Part shown: positions 38,001 through 53,000 of the stretch, in pieces
Layout of the letters: every line of letters begins with the position of its first letter
Numbering within the stretch: the first letter of the stretch is position 1
NCBI GenBank assembly: GCA_051294905.1
Contig: CM119372.1
Span: 28,026,001-28,090,000 of the forward strand
DNA: 64,000 bases
Direction of reading: 5' to 3'
From: Botryllus schlosseri
Taxonomy: Eukaryota
The notes under the pieces: generated by a model
Database searches by the model: none
Told to the model about the DNA's origin: nothing
What the model saw: the letters and a program-made list of their open reading frames with translations, nothing else
Made by a program: the position numbers and the translations under genes

Positions 38001-41000
38001 GAAGCTCCGGAGACGGAGCTGGAGCAATGCAAATTTACGGCTGCTCCAAAGACCTGATTGTGGCACAGCTCGAATTATCCACTATGCAATTAACATGAAA
38101 GAAAGATTTGCTAAATATCCTTCAAGATATTCAAGGATTGGGACTTGCAGTCTTTCTTAATCATTTGTTCGACCCAAACAGCTAAGCTACACTACAAATA
38201 TTTTTAATTTTGCCAAGTGGGGAGCATCATTTGCCTATATTTACATCATTCATACAATTTTACAAAACCAGCCGATGCATTTGTTCTGTCACAGTATCAT
38301 GGTATAATTCCAAAAATTGCATCAATTTTGACTGCATCGCGTATTGCATATTGCGATTTTCTTCCCCTCTGCAACTGAGTTGTAATTTGCAAGTAATGTC
38401 TAATTTTATCGATATCAGGGGTGGGCATAACTTTTTCGGCCAAAGGGACACATGAGATTTACAAACCATTGCGCGGGCAACTGGAATGTTGATAACATTT
38501 TTCTAGTCGTCCGATAGGAGCGAGCCAAATTAGGTAACATTTCAAACAAGACTTACATTAATACGCCATAAAATTGATAACAATATGTCATGCAACTTTG
38601 CAGTGTCCTATCAGGCCCCGGTCGTGCGAAGTGCAAAATTTTTTTGCAGGATAATGACTGAATTATATCAATAACTATGTTGCTATCATACATTGGGGGT
38701 CGCATCTGTATACCACTGGGCTCATTTGGCAAGGACAGGATTATTCGACGTTTAGACAGCAAAATCGTCGGCAGCGGTGAAAATGCCTCTAATATTTTTT
38801 GCATATGTTTCGTCGTCGACGATCTCGCTGCGAGTGCTCAAGCGAAGCCGCATGTTGGACGACACGTTATCTCTCAATTGCGAATACAGTTAGACGCAAT
38901 TCTGTGAATAATATGTATTTATAATTTTCAGAAGGGGGCTCCAATACTGAATGGCTGGCCCCTGGATACGTCAATGCGTCAAAACTGTTGTTTTAGTCAT
39001 CATCAAATTTCGCGGTCATGTTAATCAAATTTTGGTTGGCCTCGCAATTGTACCTGATGTTATAAATAATTTCGAGAATTACCTCGCCGGCCACACCAAA
39101 CCTTCTCGTGTGCCAAATTTGGCCTGCGTGCCACGGGCTGGCCGCACCTGATCTGTATGGTTATTAATAACAGTGATTGGTGGTACATAAAAATTCTATT
39201 GAAAATCCTTTGAAAGCAAATGTTTTCATGATAGAGAAGTTGGAGTCAGAATCGGAGTCGAAGTCAGGGTCATTTTCACAAACTCCGACTCCGACTCCAG
39301 TCAGTATTTTCCCCACGACTCCGACTCCAGCCATTATAGTTTTCGCGACTCCGACTCCGACTCCATCAAGCGAAAATTAGCCAGACTCCGACTCCGACTC
39401 CACAGCCCTGCTCGTTATGGTCGCGTCAAGCGCGAAATTTTTTCAGGTCCACGAATGAATTTCGTCATTAATATTTGTAGTTTCACGTATTACTGCCAAA
39501 CATTTATCCTTTCTCAGCCCATGTGATCGGATTCACCGGTAGAGTTGATGGAGATAGTGTTTTCGAAAATTTAGGACAAGTTATAAATGATGATGGATCT
39601 TCGAGTGGACCGATTGTTATTAGTCACTGTGTTGCATGCAGTTATTTCTTGACCTCCCATCAGTATTGTCGCTATAGTGGAAATATATTGGAATCGCCAA
39701 GACGTACCAGAAACAGATTTCTTTTTTGAGGAACATGGCACACGATTCCAATATGGTATTTCTATACGGGGCTCATCATTGTCCTCTGTTTTTCACATCT
39801 GTACTGTGGGACTCGGATTGCAAATGACGCTAGTATGTTAAAATCGAAAAATGAATTCCCCTTGAGTCGAGCGCAGCACGAACAAAATTTCAAGATGAAT
39901 TATAATCTCTAAAATGTTAGGGAGTCAATTCGTTAACTCAATTTGTATGTAGACGGCCGCCAACACATGCATACTAATTGAATTACGTGTTGACTAGGGT
40001 TACGATCATGGCTGCATTTAAAACAAAAATCAATTTGAAACAAACATGTGTAAAACAAGGCCCTTGTTTAAAACATGTTTTGTAATGTTTTTTAAAGCCA
40101 CGACGTCGCAGACAATCAATTGTGACGTCATAGTAGTTTCACATTGACAATTGAAAATAAAGGGTAAATATAGCTCCATTGACGAAATATCTATTTGCGG
40201 TTTCCAACCATCCCATATCGTATACGTCGGCTATATCTGGTGGTAATCGTCCGTAGGCTCATACAACATGATTTTTGAAACGTATTTACACAATTATGTC
40301 AAAAAATCATGATTTATTTTAAAATGCCTTTGGTTAAAACACTGTTTAAAACTGTTATAAACAAACTGTTTGAAACAACCATTTGTATAAAATGCAACCG
40401 AAGTTGCGATATGTCTTCCTTTAGGAGGATTTGTCCTCCTTTTTCAGGAAATCGAAAATGTCGTCTGAGGACGCCTAAATGTTCTCCTTTTTGGAAATCC
40501 GTCCTCTTTACAGTTTTGACAGCTAGTGAAATGGTCCTGGTCAACTAAAAACGCCATAAATGACGCGAAATACGCAAAGCGGACGTTCGAGCAGGTCATT
40601 CGGGAGTCAAGTCCGAATGATGAGGTTTTTTTTAGTCAACACAACACGATTTCCTTTTTAAAAATTTTAAAATCAGCTATTTTCAATTCCGGTAATCTAA
40701 CTTTTTATGATTTAACAAAGTGTCCTCCTGTCCCGATTCCAAAATATGGTAACGTTAGTGTCGACGGCCGCACAAATTTCTTTCTAAGGCCGCAGGCTCG
40801 TAACCCATGCTTTATTAAAAGTCCATTTAGTCAGCTAGAATTATACAGCTGTCCAAGTCTGCTTTCGGCATCATCTTATCTGTTCATTACATCACATTGC
40901 GTCTTGTGTATCGCATTGTACATTGTGTATCTTGGGCGAAAGAACATACATAATTCAACGATTATTACGATTACTCATCGGACCTTTCCATTCACCAGTT

Positions 41001-44000
41001 ATTATTATTGTAAATTTAGCCGGTCTTGGAGTTACCTGCTTACGTTTGACCAAAAGTTTGCACTGTTCATTAATTGCGCCCAAATGGATTATACTAGGCG
41101 ATATTTTTCAACTTTTTCATTATCTTTTAAAAACGCTGTATTGAGTTTAGCTAAGTCGACAATGCTGATTCTGAATTTGCAATCAGAATCCACTCATCCC
41201 ATCACACTTTTTTGCAAAAATTCAACAGCAATTTTGCTAAAAAACGGTTTTGTTAGGGGCGTTTGAGCTTCATTTCAGGTCAAGAGCTCCGTACATGAAA
41301 CGAAACACACCCTACAACAGACCTGGGCAAAGTGCGACCCGCGGGACAAATGCGGCCCGCGAAGCTATTCTCTGCGGCCCGTCAAAGGTTGCTTGGAATT
41401 CAAAATATAAAACTTGCTTTTTGAATGACTAAAACCATAGGCTGTATCAAATGATCAGGAAATTCGTTTACTTTGAAGCCTGTTCAATAATATGCCACGA
41501 TTACGCTTGCCCACTAACCTCGCTTGCGTAATCCAGATTCAAAATAAAGGCAATGTGACAAAGTATGAGTAGCAATTGAAGTCACAAGAAATCACTCTTT
41601 CCATATAGTTTAGTTCAAACCTTCTTAGTTGCCATTGTCACATTACGCATCATACTGTATGTGTTTCAAATTGTTACGTGATACGTTTCCAAATCCCAAA
41701 TTTTCAAAACACGTCAATCAGTACTCGCGATTACAATATGACTCATCATATCTACCATCCATAAAAAAGCCAAAAAAAAAGGATGCCGAAGACTGAAATT
41801 CAAAGATGTTCTAGGTTCACACTTTAGAGCACTAAACATTTGTATACTGGAGTCAGGGGTAAACCGGTCGTTTTAGTTTTTGTCGCCGAGATTAAAGAAT
41901 GAAATAAAAGTCGGTCTTATGACAAAAACACGAAGCACTCGGTCTAGGGAAGGCGAAGCTCAGAAAAACTGCAAGCTTCGCTCAACATAAAGGCTATTTA
42001 AGCTGCACAGTGCATAGTGCACACTGCTCGAAAGGCAGCGACCAAGAAAACAAGCATTTTACGATTGCATGTACATTTCAGTGCAGTGATTCTCGAACTG
42101 GGGGCGTGAAAGCATCAGAAGGGTGGCGCGAAGCCGAAGTTTGATAATAATCATGTTCAACATTGTTTCCAATCATGACGGCAAATGGATATTTTTTTAA
42201 TCAACCGGCAATTTCTCATTACCTATTAATATCAAGACATTCACTGAGCAGCGTATACTAACAATGTAATCAAGAAACAAAACTTAAAATACGGTTGAGA
42301 ATATAGCTAAAAATGTTCACTCGGCCCGCCAACGTATTTTCTACTTCTCATGTGGCTCGCGGAGGAAAATAATTGCCCACCCCTGCCCTACAAGGCTCTT
42401 AACTTACTCAATTGGATTTGGTATTTTGTTAGAAATCAACCTTCTAAACCATCGGTTCTCAAACATCTTTAGACACGTCCTCCTTGATGACAGTGAAAAA
42501 TTTCGCGTCATCTTATTGTCATATCACCGAGTGATGCGTTATAATGGATTCTTCTCATTGGTACCCCTCGAAAGAGCCCCATTACCATCTATCACCAAAA
42601 TAAGCTGTCACTTAAATGAGATGTCACTCAGTTTCGCGTCTACGTAAAATGATGTGAAGTGCAACTTGAAGGAAACTCATAATTTTACTCACCGGCTTCA
42701 GGAAATACCTCCAGGGACCTCCGATTGCTCCGGCTCCGACGTACTCCAGCATCCTCGACGACCCCTCAAAAACAGCAGCAACTTCAGTCGCTACATCCTC
42801 CCGAAGCAAGCCTATACACGAATATCCCCAATCAGACGGAAAGACAAGATGTGATAGTGCCGAAACGACAAGTGAATTCAAAAAATCGAATCCTAGATTG
42901 ATTTGAATGATCCGACCCAAGTAGTGAAAAATTGCTTACCCACTTGGGTATTGAAAATAAATATTCCAGCCATTTCGAAGGCCCACACTTGTAAGGCTTC
43001 TGCATAACCTGGAATCTGAACGAAGAAAAATATCATTTTATTGCAATCCATTTAATTGAGATACCAGAGGTATTTAAACGTCAAAGGTAGTCATGTGAGA
43101 ACGCCTACTTCTACTTTTTCCTGGTGACGTTAGTAGCACCTTTCACCTTGATGAATCACAACCTATGGAGATAACCAATATCCATTTATATATAAAATAC
43201 CTGAAAATACAGCGCCTTACTTACAGGCATGTTTTCAAGTTTAATGTGTGTGACAGTATTTTATCTGCAATTATCATTTATTATCAACATCAATATAATG
43301 CATCCACGCTGCAAATCTTGAAACGAAATTGTTGGCAGATGTGCCCCAGATCATCAAAGTTTCTTTCTTAGTGCAGCAAGCTAGTAACATCCGGCGCCTG
43401 ACGTCGCATATATTTTAGTGACGCTTAGTATTTTGGATAAGTCTTTCAGTGGAATCTCAACCATACCATTTCGAAGCGATGTAGGTGATTAACTGATTAT
43501 ACTAGGGTTACCATATTTTTGTGGCACAAGTTCTGGACGTTCTTTAGCGCCCACTAGCGGATTTCAAAATGAGGTATGAGCACATTGTCGATCAATATGA
43601 CGTCACACCAGCAAAGCTTTGTCTATCGACAAGAGGTGGTCACGATCCGGTTCAGGAGTATGTGGTTGTGTGTTGTAGTTGTAACCAGGGCCGAGGTCAC
43701 ATTTTTCAGCTCCCTCCAGCCCAAATAAACACTGATCTTGGGTCCACCGTAGGGTAATCGATTCAACTGCTGGGGGCTTACTATATGGATCTGGTCGTTA
43801 AATGATTTGAATGAATAATGTCAATAATATCGATTCTTCCATATATTACTACATACAGGGTTGTAATGACTCGAGTCACGATTTCTTTGTGACTCGACTT
43901 GACTCGAAGTCATTTTCTTGAAATGGGAAAATGACTCGACTCGACTCGAGTCAATATTTGGATTGACTCGACTTGTACTCGAGTCATTGACTCGGCTCAA

Positions 44001-47000
44001 GTCATTGACTCGGCTTATTCTATATGACTTGAAGACGAAGAAATTTGCGAATCGTAATGGCTAGATCAACGCATCTGACGAATTCTGCCGACATCGCTAT
44101 TTGTCACCACTGCTTTTGTTGCACTAGTCTGATATCAGATAGGCCGCCGTAAGAACAACAGACAATGGTACATAGTAGCAATGCATTGTACAAAATCATC
44201 CAGTTATGAAGAGGTAATAAATCCTCCGCAATCAAAGTACTCAAGACTTTTCAGTCATACAAGCAGAGAATCGAAGCAAAGTTCAATTAGAGCCAATGCA
44301 ATGACTCAGATGGTCAAGTACTTGGAAGAGACTGATAAGCTCATGTGTAGATTTGAAGGCGATGATTATTTGCATTTTTGGCGACTAGAAAGAATGAGTA
44401 TCCAGTGCTCTTCAGTGAGGTTCAAAAATGTTTGTCAATTCCTGCATCTAGTGCACCAGTGAAAAGTGTATTCGGTAGATGTGGATTTATTCTAAGGCCA
44501 TGCCGCTTTAATATATCTGAGGATCTCCTCTCCACTTTGGTATTTTTGAAGTGTAACTCATCATTGATTTGATCTGCCGTCTGTGAAAACACACAATACC
44601 CTCCGTCCATTTGACGTTTTATTAGGTATGCGCATTGTGCACGTGAGTAATAATGTATGGCTAATGTTGTGTGATGTTTGTACAATAGGGCTGTTGAAAA
44701 ATAACTTCTTTTTTATTTTACTTGATGGCTACTTGATAAAATTGTTATGTTGCATCAAAAGAACACTGAATCTGGTTAAATTTAAAAAAGTAGAATCCAT
44801 GATATGAGAAGAGAAAATTTTGGATTTGTAAATTAATGGAGTATTTTTAGTGAGAAATTCTTTCATATAATATAATTACATACTAGTGGTAAGTCGACTA
44901 TTTTTTCATATCCAAAATATCCTACTCTAATTACTTCGCTTCTTCTTGTTGGAATTGAGCCAAATTTGCTATGAATCATATTTTTACACAATCTAACAAT
45001 ATCATGAGGTAGCCAGTAAAATTCGAAAATCTCTATTCCTAATTAATCCAAAATTTTCTCCCACAGCATAACTTTCTACCGGTCGGAATTGAGCCGAATT
45101 TGAGTTTATTTTCAGGCAATCTAACAATTCTAAGAAGTAGCCGGAAAATTGGAAAAAATGTTTTTTAACAGCCCCAAATATTTCTCCAATGCTGTAACTG
45201 CGATGTAGTCTGTAAAGCAGTTGGGAAAACCTTTGGTAATATCAAAAGGTATCTGTTTTTGGTCCCTGCCCATAGCTGCATGCACGCTTTTACAGCATGC
45301 TGGCCTGGTGAAAATACCCCTACATAAACATGCATCTGTTGATTCTCTATCACCTTATTTGTCGACGTGAATTCGTAGGTTCTCTATCAGATAGTATGTA
45401 GACTTGAATTCGTTGGTTCTCAATCAGCTATTTGTGAGCTGTCGTCGATGTGGTCGTAATAAAAACTGAATGCTTGTATTTTTGATCTATCAGACCGACA
45501 AGATTGATTTTAAGTTCTACGATTAGTAAAGTTATCATATTGGCGGCCTGTCTCGTCTATCTGTAGCATCGGTAAATGAGGCCAGGAACTGTCCGTAATC
45601 TACCTAAATATACATGTGCCAAGACTCTGGTAGGGACAAAATAAGCATGTTTGGCAAGCAAGGAATTCGATATCACCCAAGCAGGATTGAAAACTTGAGA
45701 TGAACATGACTTCAATACTGTGACTTGGAGTCGGACTCGAGTCATAACACTATGACTCGGACTTGACCCAGTAAACGGTGACTTGGACTCGGACTCGACT
45801 CGGTGATGAATTGAAAATGACTCGACTTGACTCGAGTCAAAACCACAAAAGTAAGATTGACTCGTGACTCGGAACCATGTGACTTGGTTACAACCATGAC
45901 TACATAATTTCGATCCTCTCTCCGCCCACATGATCAGAGTTAGCGGCAGAGCTGGTGGAGAATGATGACTTCGAAAATGCAAGGCGAGCGTAATCGTACA
46001 TCGTTACGTCATGTTCATGTCACACTGAAAAAATTATTTATCAACATAATGCCGGGGCGCACGGCACCACTGAGCTATATAAACACCACACATCCGGTGG
46101 TTTCCAACCTTTTATGGTCGTTACTCCATTTCCGATTTGAAAATGTTCCGTTCCCAGCTTAAAGTTTGATAAGCTGATTACTAATTAAAGGTAGGCACAT
46201 TTGCCCAGATTTACTCACGGCCTGTTTTGAAAGCTGATTACGTTCAAAACCTTTGCGAACCCCAGAATAAAGGCAAACTACCCCCAGGTTTAGAACCACT
46301 ATCTTTGAATAAGCATCCCAGCGACCTAAACCGATTCTATGAATATACCATTATCTTGTAATTGCAATTACAATTAGACTTATTTTAGTAAATGAATGTT
46401 AATTACATTCTATTTTTTATCGCAGTTTTTACGAGGGTGGTAGTCCCCATATTAAAACTAAGATATGTGATACTTAATCGCGCGCAGCGTGACGACAATT
46501 TCATGTAGTATAAATCTGCCCAAAAATAATATTGACTATGTTGATTTACGAAAAATTATGAGCTTACTTCAAGCCTTCAAAATTCCGGACATGTCCGGGC
46601 TATTCCGGACGTATGGCAACCCTAGATTATACGGCACCTCTGACCCGGATAAAACAATGAGGAATTCTGGGTTGGGAAAGGCGTGGAATCAGGATTTTCA
46701 GCCTACGGGCCATGACGCTGTTTCCAGTGGGCAGCAGAGCCAGTATGCCATATATCTAAGGCTGTATTACCGTCCTTTTAATATTTGTCATTATCTGTAA
46801 GGACATTGCCATTGCGAAAGTAATGTTTTTAGTGATCCGCTTCCCACATTTTGCAGTAAGGTTTTTATTGAACGCTAGTTTTTAGTGGGTTATGAGCAAA
46901 GGAAGTTGAAACTCCTAGCGTAGAAGGAAACATATGAACTCCAGTAATGTAACACTAAATTTGCTATATTACAAACCTCCAGATTCTCATCTCTTCGTCT

Positions 47001-50000
47001 CTCCATATACGATACCATCTCTTTACATACATCTCTTTGTTCCTTGGAGTACTTCCACACTGTTTGCTTTTTTAGTAAAATTCTGTTTACGGGCTGACGC
47101 AGCTGAAAGAACGTCGGTAAAGTTCATCATTGTCAAGACCCAAAAATATGACACTTTGTCACAAAAACGAATTGCTCTGTGTATGACCATAGGACCATTT
47201 TTATAATCTGAAATGCGAGAGTCTGACTGCGGTACGGTGAACGCCTACACCAGGGGTTCTCAGCCCTTTCTTTGCCGTGGCCCATTTTCCGGTTTGAAAA
47301 TGTGCTGTGGTCCACCTCTAATCTTCAAGTCATAATCCTGTTCAATGCGTGGTAATCGACGGCGCCGATATTACTTTGTCTCTAAAATATGCGCATTTTT
47401 CTCCTTATGTACTGATGAAATTAAAATAGAAATAGGGGAGATGTGGTACCGATGGATCACTGGGACCGAAAATACTTTAAAAATTCTCCATGATAATTCC
47501 ATGATCACACTCCACGAATTTGTGCACAATTGCATGCTGGCAGTATCTTTCCTCACATGCAAAAAAATTCGACCGGCGTGAGTTATGGGGTCTGTGACGA
47601 ATGATTTACGTTTTAGGGGGTATAAAGTAAATTTGGATAGACATTGGCATTTTTCTATATCACCTTTCAGATCAACAAAACCGCCATCATTTTTGATGTG
47701 AAGTATAGGGCTTGTATCAGGCTATATAATGGCACATATTTTTTTAATCAATACCATCCTCGAGTTGACTATATTCAAGTCAATTACAATATTTATGGGG
47801 TGGGGGACCTATGGTACCATGGCCAAATCAAGCAAAATAGATGGACCAACTAATCCCGTAACAACAGAAACTCGCCTACATATATATAAGCTGTAAATCA
47901 TAGTTACCTGTGGTGTTTTATCGCTATTACGAGGTATTTGAAAGTCAAAATGTCGATATGCGGGTAATATTTATGTGGCATTAATTTTGTAAATTTTAGC
48001 GTAAATCAAAACAAGATTTTATGCCAACATTTGAGTTGATATAATCTAATTTATTCTTGAAGGTCGCGACGAAACATTCTTCATTGACTTGCTGTAGCTT
48101 AGCTTATAGTGCACACCAGAACAAGTGAACTAATTTGAGTTTTTGAGCGTATGTCTCATAGGTCCCATGGTCGTGTGCCTTTGGACCCACTGGGTGGGGA
48201 CCGATGACACGTTCGAGCAACAAATTTTAAACGTTTATAAATATTTTTTGTAAAGGCGGATATTCATGTAAATGTCTGCGATAGGTAGAGCTTGTATCGA
48301 GGTGTTGAGACAGCAAAAGATCTGCTATTCTCGACTGAAGATTTGAGGGCCAGAGATCATTTTGCAATTTTTGATCCATCGGTACCACATCTCCCCTACG
48401 TCAGGGCATGAAGTCGCGCGAAGCGCGACGAAAATTTTCAAGTTGAATGCATAGTTTCCAACAAACGACCAACGAAATAATCTTGGGCACCTTCTAGCTC
48501 CCCCAATTGGAGGTTTGGGTGCAGCAGGTACGGTAGATCATATGCTAAAACTTCTGAGTATTTTATGATCGTCCGCTGCTCCCGTCGCTTCGCGAAACAT
48601 AATGTTCGAATTCCTGCATTCACTGTGTGATTGGGATTTTAGTTCAACTATTGAGGGGAATAGTATAATCATTCTGGGCCAGCTTCAAACAATTCATTGG
48701 TGAATGGGGTACTAAAGGGAAGTGGAGAAAAATTTTCTTATTATGTATGCTGTACGTACAATGTACATTGTATGTCACGTACTGAACCAACTGAAGTTGC
48801 GATGTCGGAATATTCAATCCAGTGATACTATCAATTCATGTGACTTTTTCATCATGTACGTTGATTTCCAGGCATGACATTTTAAACAGACTTCAAATAT
48901 TAATGCGCTCCGCTGAATCCCCAATCCATCACTATTCGTTGCGGTGGTGCAGTATACCTTCACCAGAAGTTGCTAATAATTTGCAATTATGGCCATTTTT
49001 AACTTACAATAATACGACCTGCCGAAGTACAGTGAATCTATACATCAATTACACTTCATTCCGAGTTTATCGCACACTCCATTCAACGGCATACGACATT
49101 ATGACCCTGCCGGAACCCGGAATACTTGGTTACTTCAGTATTACCTTCCGGGTATTATGTACGCAAAATTATCTTAGTTGCTGTTAGTCATAGGTATCAT
49201 AGCCAGTGGAAAAGCCGCCGTTTCTGCCTCCCATTCTCGACTTGAAATGCTGACTCCATACGTACCACTACATCTCATCAGAGTCGGATGAAAAGCTTTA
49301 TGTAGCCTACGTATAATCAACTAATATGAATTTATTTTCTAAAATTTTCCAAATAGCTCTGTGGCCCACCTCAAATGCTCTTGTGGCCCACCCTTTGAGA
49401 ACCTCTGGCCTACACCAAAGGTGTCAAACATACGGCCAGCGGGACGTATCCGGCACGTGAAGCAATTCTGAGTAGATTCACAAATATCTATATTATCAAG
49501 CTTATTTTTAGCAAATGCTTATAGTTTTAGTAAGAAATACTTCGAGACTAAATAATCCTTCAAGACAGCAAATGTCGAGTATGTTCACTGTTCACCGGCC
49601 ACTTTATAGCCACCCAACAGCGGTCTTGTGGTTTCACTCTAATCGCCGTTAGAAACAAGCAGCTGATATCAACACCCAGTTCGGCGAAGGCAAAAAAGTG
49701 CACGCAGCATGGAGTTCATATAGTGTTATGGACAAATGAGCCAAAAAACTAGTTATTCACAAAAGCAAAAACGGCTTTTCTAAACCGGTATATCCAGGAT
49801 ACACGAAGAATATAATATGGTTACATAGAAATATAATCCAAATATATGTGGTCGCACTGCTGTATCGCTTCTAACTCAAAAGGTCCTCGCCTCCAGAGAA
49901 ACCTGAATCGCGACTTAATGATATATAACACTATTCAAATGGCCAATCATCGTATTTTTTTGCCAATTCAAGTGTTTGCGAATAGAAGGTGATGTTGCTA

Positions 50001-53000
50001 GAATTGAACCTGTATAAACCGTAACATAATGTAATATACTAATATAGACTTGAGAGTATAAGGTATTTAATGAAAAAAGGGGCATGGATTATGATGTATT
50101 GTTCTGGATTCATTTGAAGTGTCCGGCCCACTAGCAACCTGAAGGTTTGAATCCGACCAGCGACGCATGTTCAGTTTGACACCTCTGGCCTACATTGATT
50201 GCATACGTCATTATTTGATCAGAAAATTTTGGCATCACGCTAAAACAGTGGTTCCCAACCTTTTTTGTCTCGTGCCCCCCTTGGCTGATAGTTGAGCTAA
50301 ATTCCCCCCTATGAAAAAGTTGCCTGTGACTGAAAAAATGTGCTTTTTAACGCGCAACTATTTTTTGACTAAGCAATTGATGGCCAAACATATTCAGATA
50401 TGTCCGAACTATGGTGAATGCGGACCGCACTAAACTTTGATAAAGTACAGTCAAATTTGACCGGTCGGGTAGCCGCTGACGAAAAATAAATCACCAAGTC
50501 CTCATGCTATGGATTCGAGTTGAATCGATGAATTTGGTACGGTATGTTTTTCACGTTAGCTCATATGTTGGCTTAAAAAGTTAAACAATTTCACTAGCGG
50601 CCTTGTGCTGAATTCAGCTTGACGTTATCCTGCTTAGTAGCAATTTGGTCGAGAGGATGTCGCGGTCCCAACGAAATCGTCTCGTGAGCCTCACTTTATC
50701 AGGGGGTGTAATAGCTACGGAATGCATTTAAACACACACCTAGCTTGAAATCCGCCAAAGAAACATACAATTGTAAAGAACCAAATTCTACTTGACAGTT
50801 CTATACCATAAAAATCTAAAAACCTTGTGAACCCAGTGTATCTTCTGATACAATGCCAAAGCCAGATTGTCCCTTAAAAAATTAAGCCAGATTCCCCCCT
50901 AAAAATTTCGAAATTCCCCCCAAGGGGGGAATTCCCCCCCCCCGGTTGGGAAACACTGCGCTAAAACATGAGTGAATTGTGACATCCCAGTCATGACAAT
51001 CATGGATCGTTCATATCAAGTAGCCTACCTATTTCAGACCATATCAAGGCAGAAAATATTCCTTCATTGTCTCGCGCATAAAGGAAATGCTTAATTATAT
51101 TCGTACTCGATGCCAAGTTTCTCCCTTTTGATTCCCTATTGAGTCGGGATATCCCATCATCGTTTTCAACTCTCTCACTGCAGGCAATTCGAACCGAAAC
51201 GGCATTCTGCCTTCTGATCGGAAGAGTCTTTCCGTATCTTCCTTCGTTCGACAAAACACCCAATCTTAAAAAAGTACAAATAATACTGCCGCGCAACTAG
51301 AGGATTCACATTTCCAGATCTTACATTTCAATCCAATCCTTTCCTTGTATATATCACCGCATTCCTGGTGCCGTTTCATCCACAATTCATGAAGTCTCGT
51401 GATGTCGAATCCGCGTAACGGCGTGTAGTCGAGGGCCGTACGAACCAGCGGAAGGCCCGTCGGCTCAGGTATTTTATCGAATGGCAATGGATTATAAATG
51501 TCGTCTGAAAGGTGTTTTCATCCGTGTTATAAGTGATATCTTCAAAACCACCAGAAGATTAGACACGCATAGTCTAAAATATATTGAGTACCAACAAGGT
51601 ATTAGTTATTGGGAGGATTTAAGATTGTTTTGTTTACAAAGCTCACTCACGCACGTGGTGGGGATGGTGCGAACATGAGGTTCACGTTCGCGTTCGGTGC
51701 GTGAGCCTCAGAAATTTTAAGGGTCGCGTTCGCAAACGAATCTTGGTAGGTTCTACACTGTGAACCTTTTATATAAATTAGAATGTTTTAAGTTATCAAA
51801 ACGTCATTGGTTGAAATAATTAATTTCCCTTTCAACTTTGGATAAGTCTCTGGATGGCGCTGGTAGCATGGAATGAACTTCTACGCGAAACTAAAACCAG
51901 GCCAATTTCAGCAATTTTTTTGTCGTGTTTGAAAATTCTGCTTGTAATATTCCACTTATTTCAGTTTGTGTATATTTAATACTCTCTACGGTGATTGCTG
52001 TTAGCTTGACCCGCAATCACACAACATCACGAATATAATACACTATATCAGCGGTCGGAAACCTTTTTCGTCAAACGAGCCATATTGGCTTATTTTTTCC
52101 ATTTTAACTTCCAAAGAATCATACATGTCAATCAACTGTTACGTCACAATTGAAAATTAGTGACGTCATGGTACCACTTATACAAACTCACTACATGAGA
52201 TTCGTCGTGTGCGCCTCATTTTCTCTGTAGAAACTCGTACTCGTGCTGGTAACCTTATTCAAGAATGCGAAACTTGAGTTTCGAGAATGCATCGTCGTGA
52301 TGCTCCTTTTAAATGCGAGAACCAATGATCACATGCGTAAGTGGAGCCACACATGATCACTACAGCAATACATACCAAATGTTAGGTGTGATACATCAGT
52401 GACGTGGGGTCAGGGGAGCCAAGTGAGGCAGATCGTCACTTGTCGCCAGGATGAGTGAACGAAAATTTTGAAACCGACAGATAGCCTACTGTTGATATTT
52501 TCTATCGATGTTCATGAATGACTGCATTTTTAAACATTTTCCTCCCAAATTTAGGCGACTTGCATATTTAATATTCGATAATAAAGCCCGAAACGAGAGG
52601 TAAGGCACAGACGCGCTAAGCTTCGTCATTGATACCGCAATTCATAGTAAATAGCTTAGAATTTATAACTGATAATCATTGAATGTAACTGTTGCACTGA
52701 TTCCGAAAATCTAAATACTGATCGACTTCTCAAGTCTCAAAGTATTCGGTGGGAACATATAACGTGTCGCTAAACGCCTTCATTTTATCGACGGTACTAC
52801 GTAGCGACTTACCAATCAAGCACGTGGGTAGCAATGGCGTTGTTTGTAATTCGAGTTTCCACGGCGGCTAATTTCGCGCCGTAGATCAGGAAGACCGTGC
52901 GTATCTATTTTATAACTGCGTTGTCATATGGGCATCGCCATCTTTGATCAATCGATCTATTGTGCAACTCAAGATTTCGAGTCGGGTAGCCTACATCGAA

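Larger units (their letters stand above)
35530..39410. mobile_element. hAT-type element G with (CCGACT)n repeats; hosts F and 38416-39150
   Basis: Perfect TIR CAGGGCTGTGGAGTCGG; perfect TSD CTCGTTAT. Confidence 0.93.
43503..46624. mobile_element. hAT element (TAGGGTT-type TIR) hosting element C
   Basis: TIR TAGGGTTACCATA / TATGGCAACCCTA; perfect TSD GATTATAC. Confidence 0.9.

Noticed and set aside
40526..41266. 246-aa ORF, the second longest in the track
   Set aside because: It begins inside a MITE, has no recognisable domain and lies antisense within a P450 intron; likely a chance ORF.
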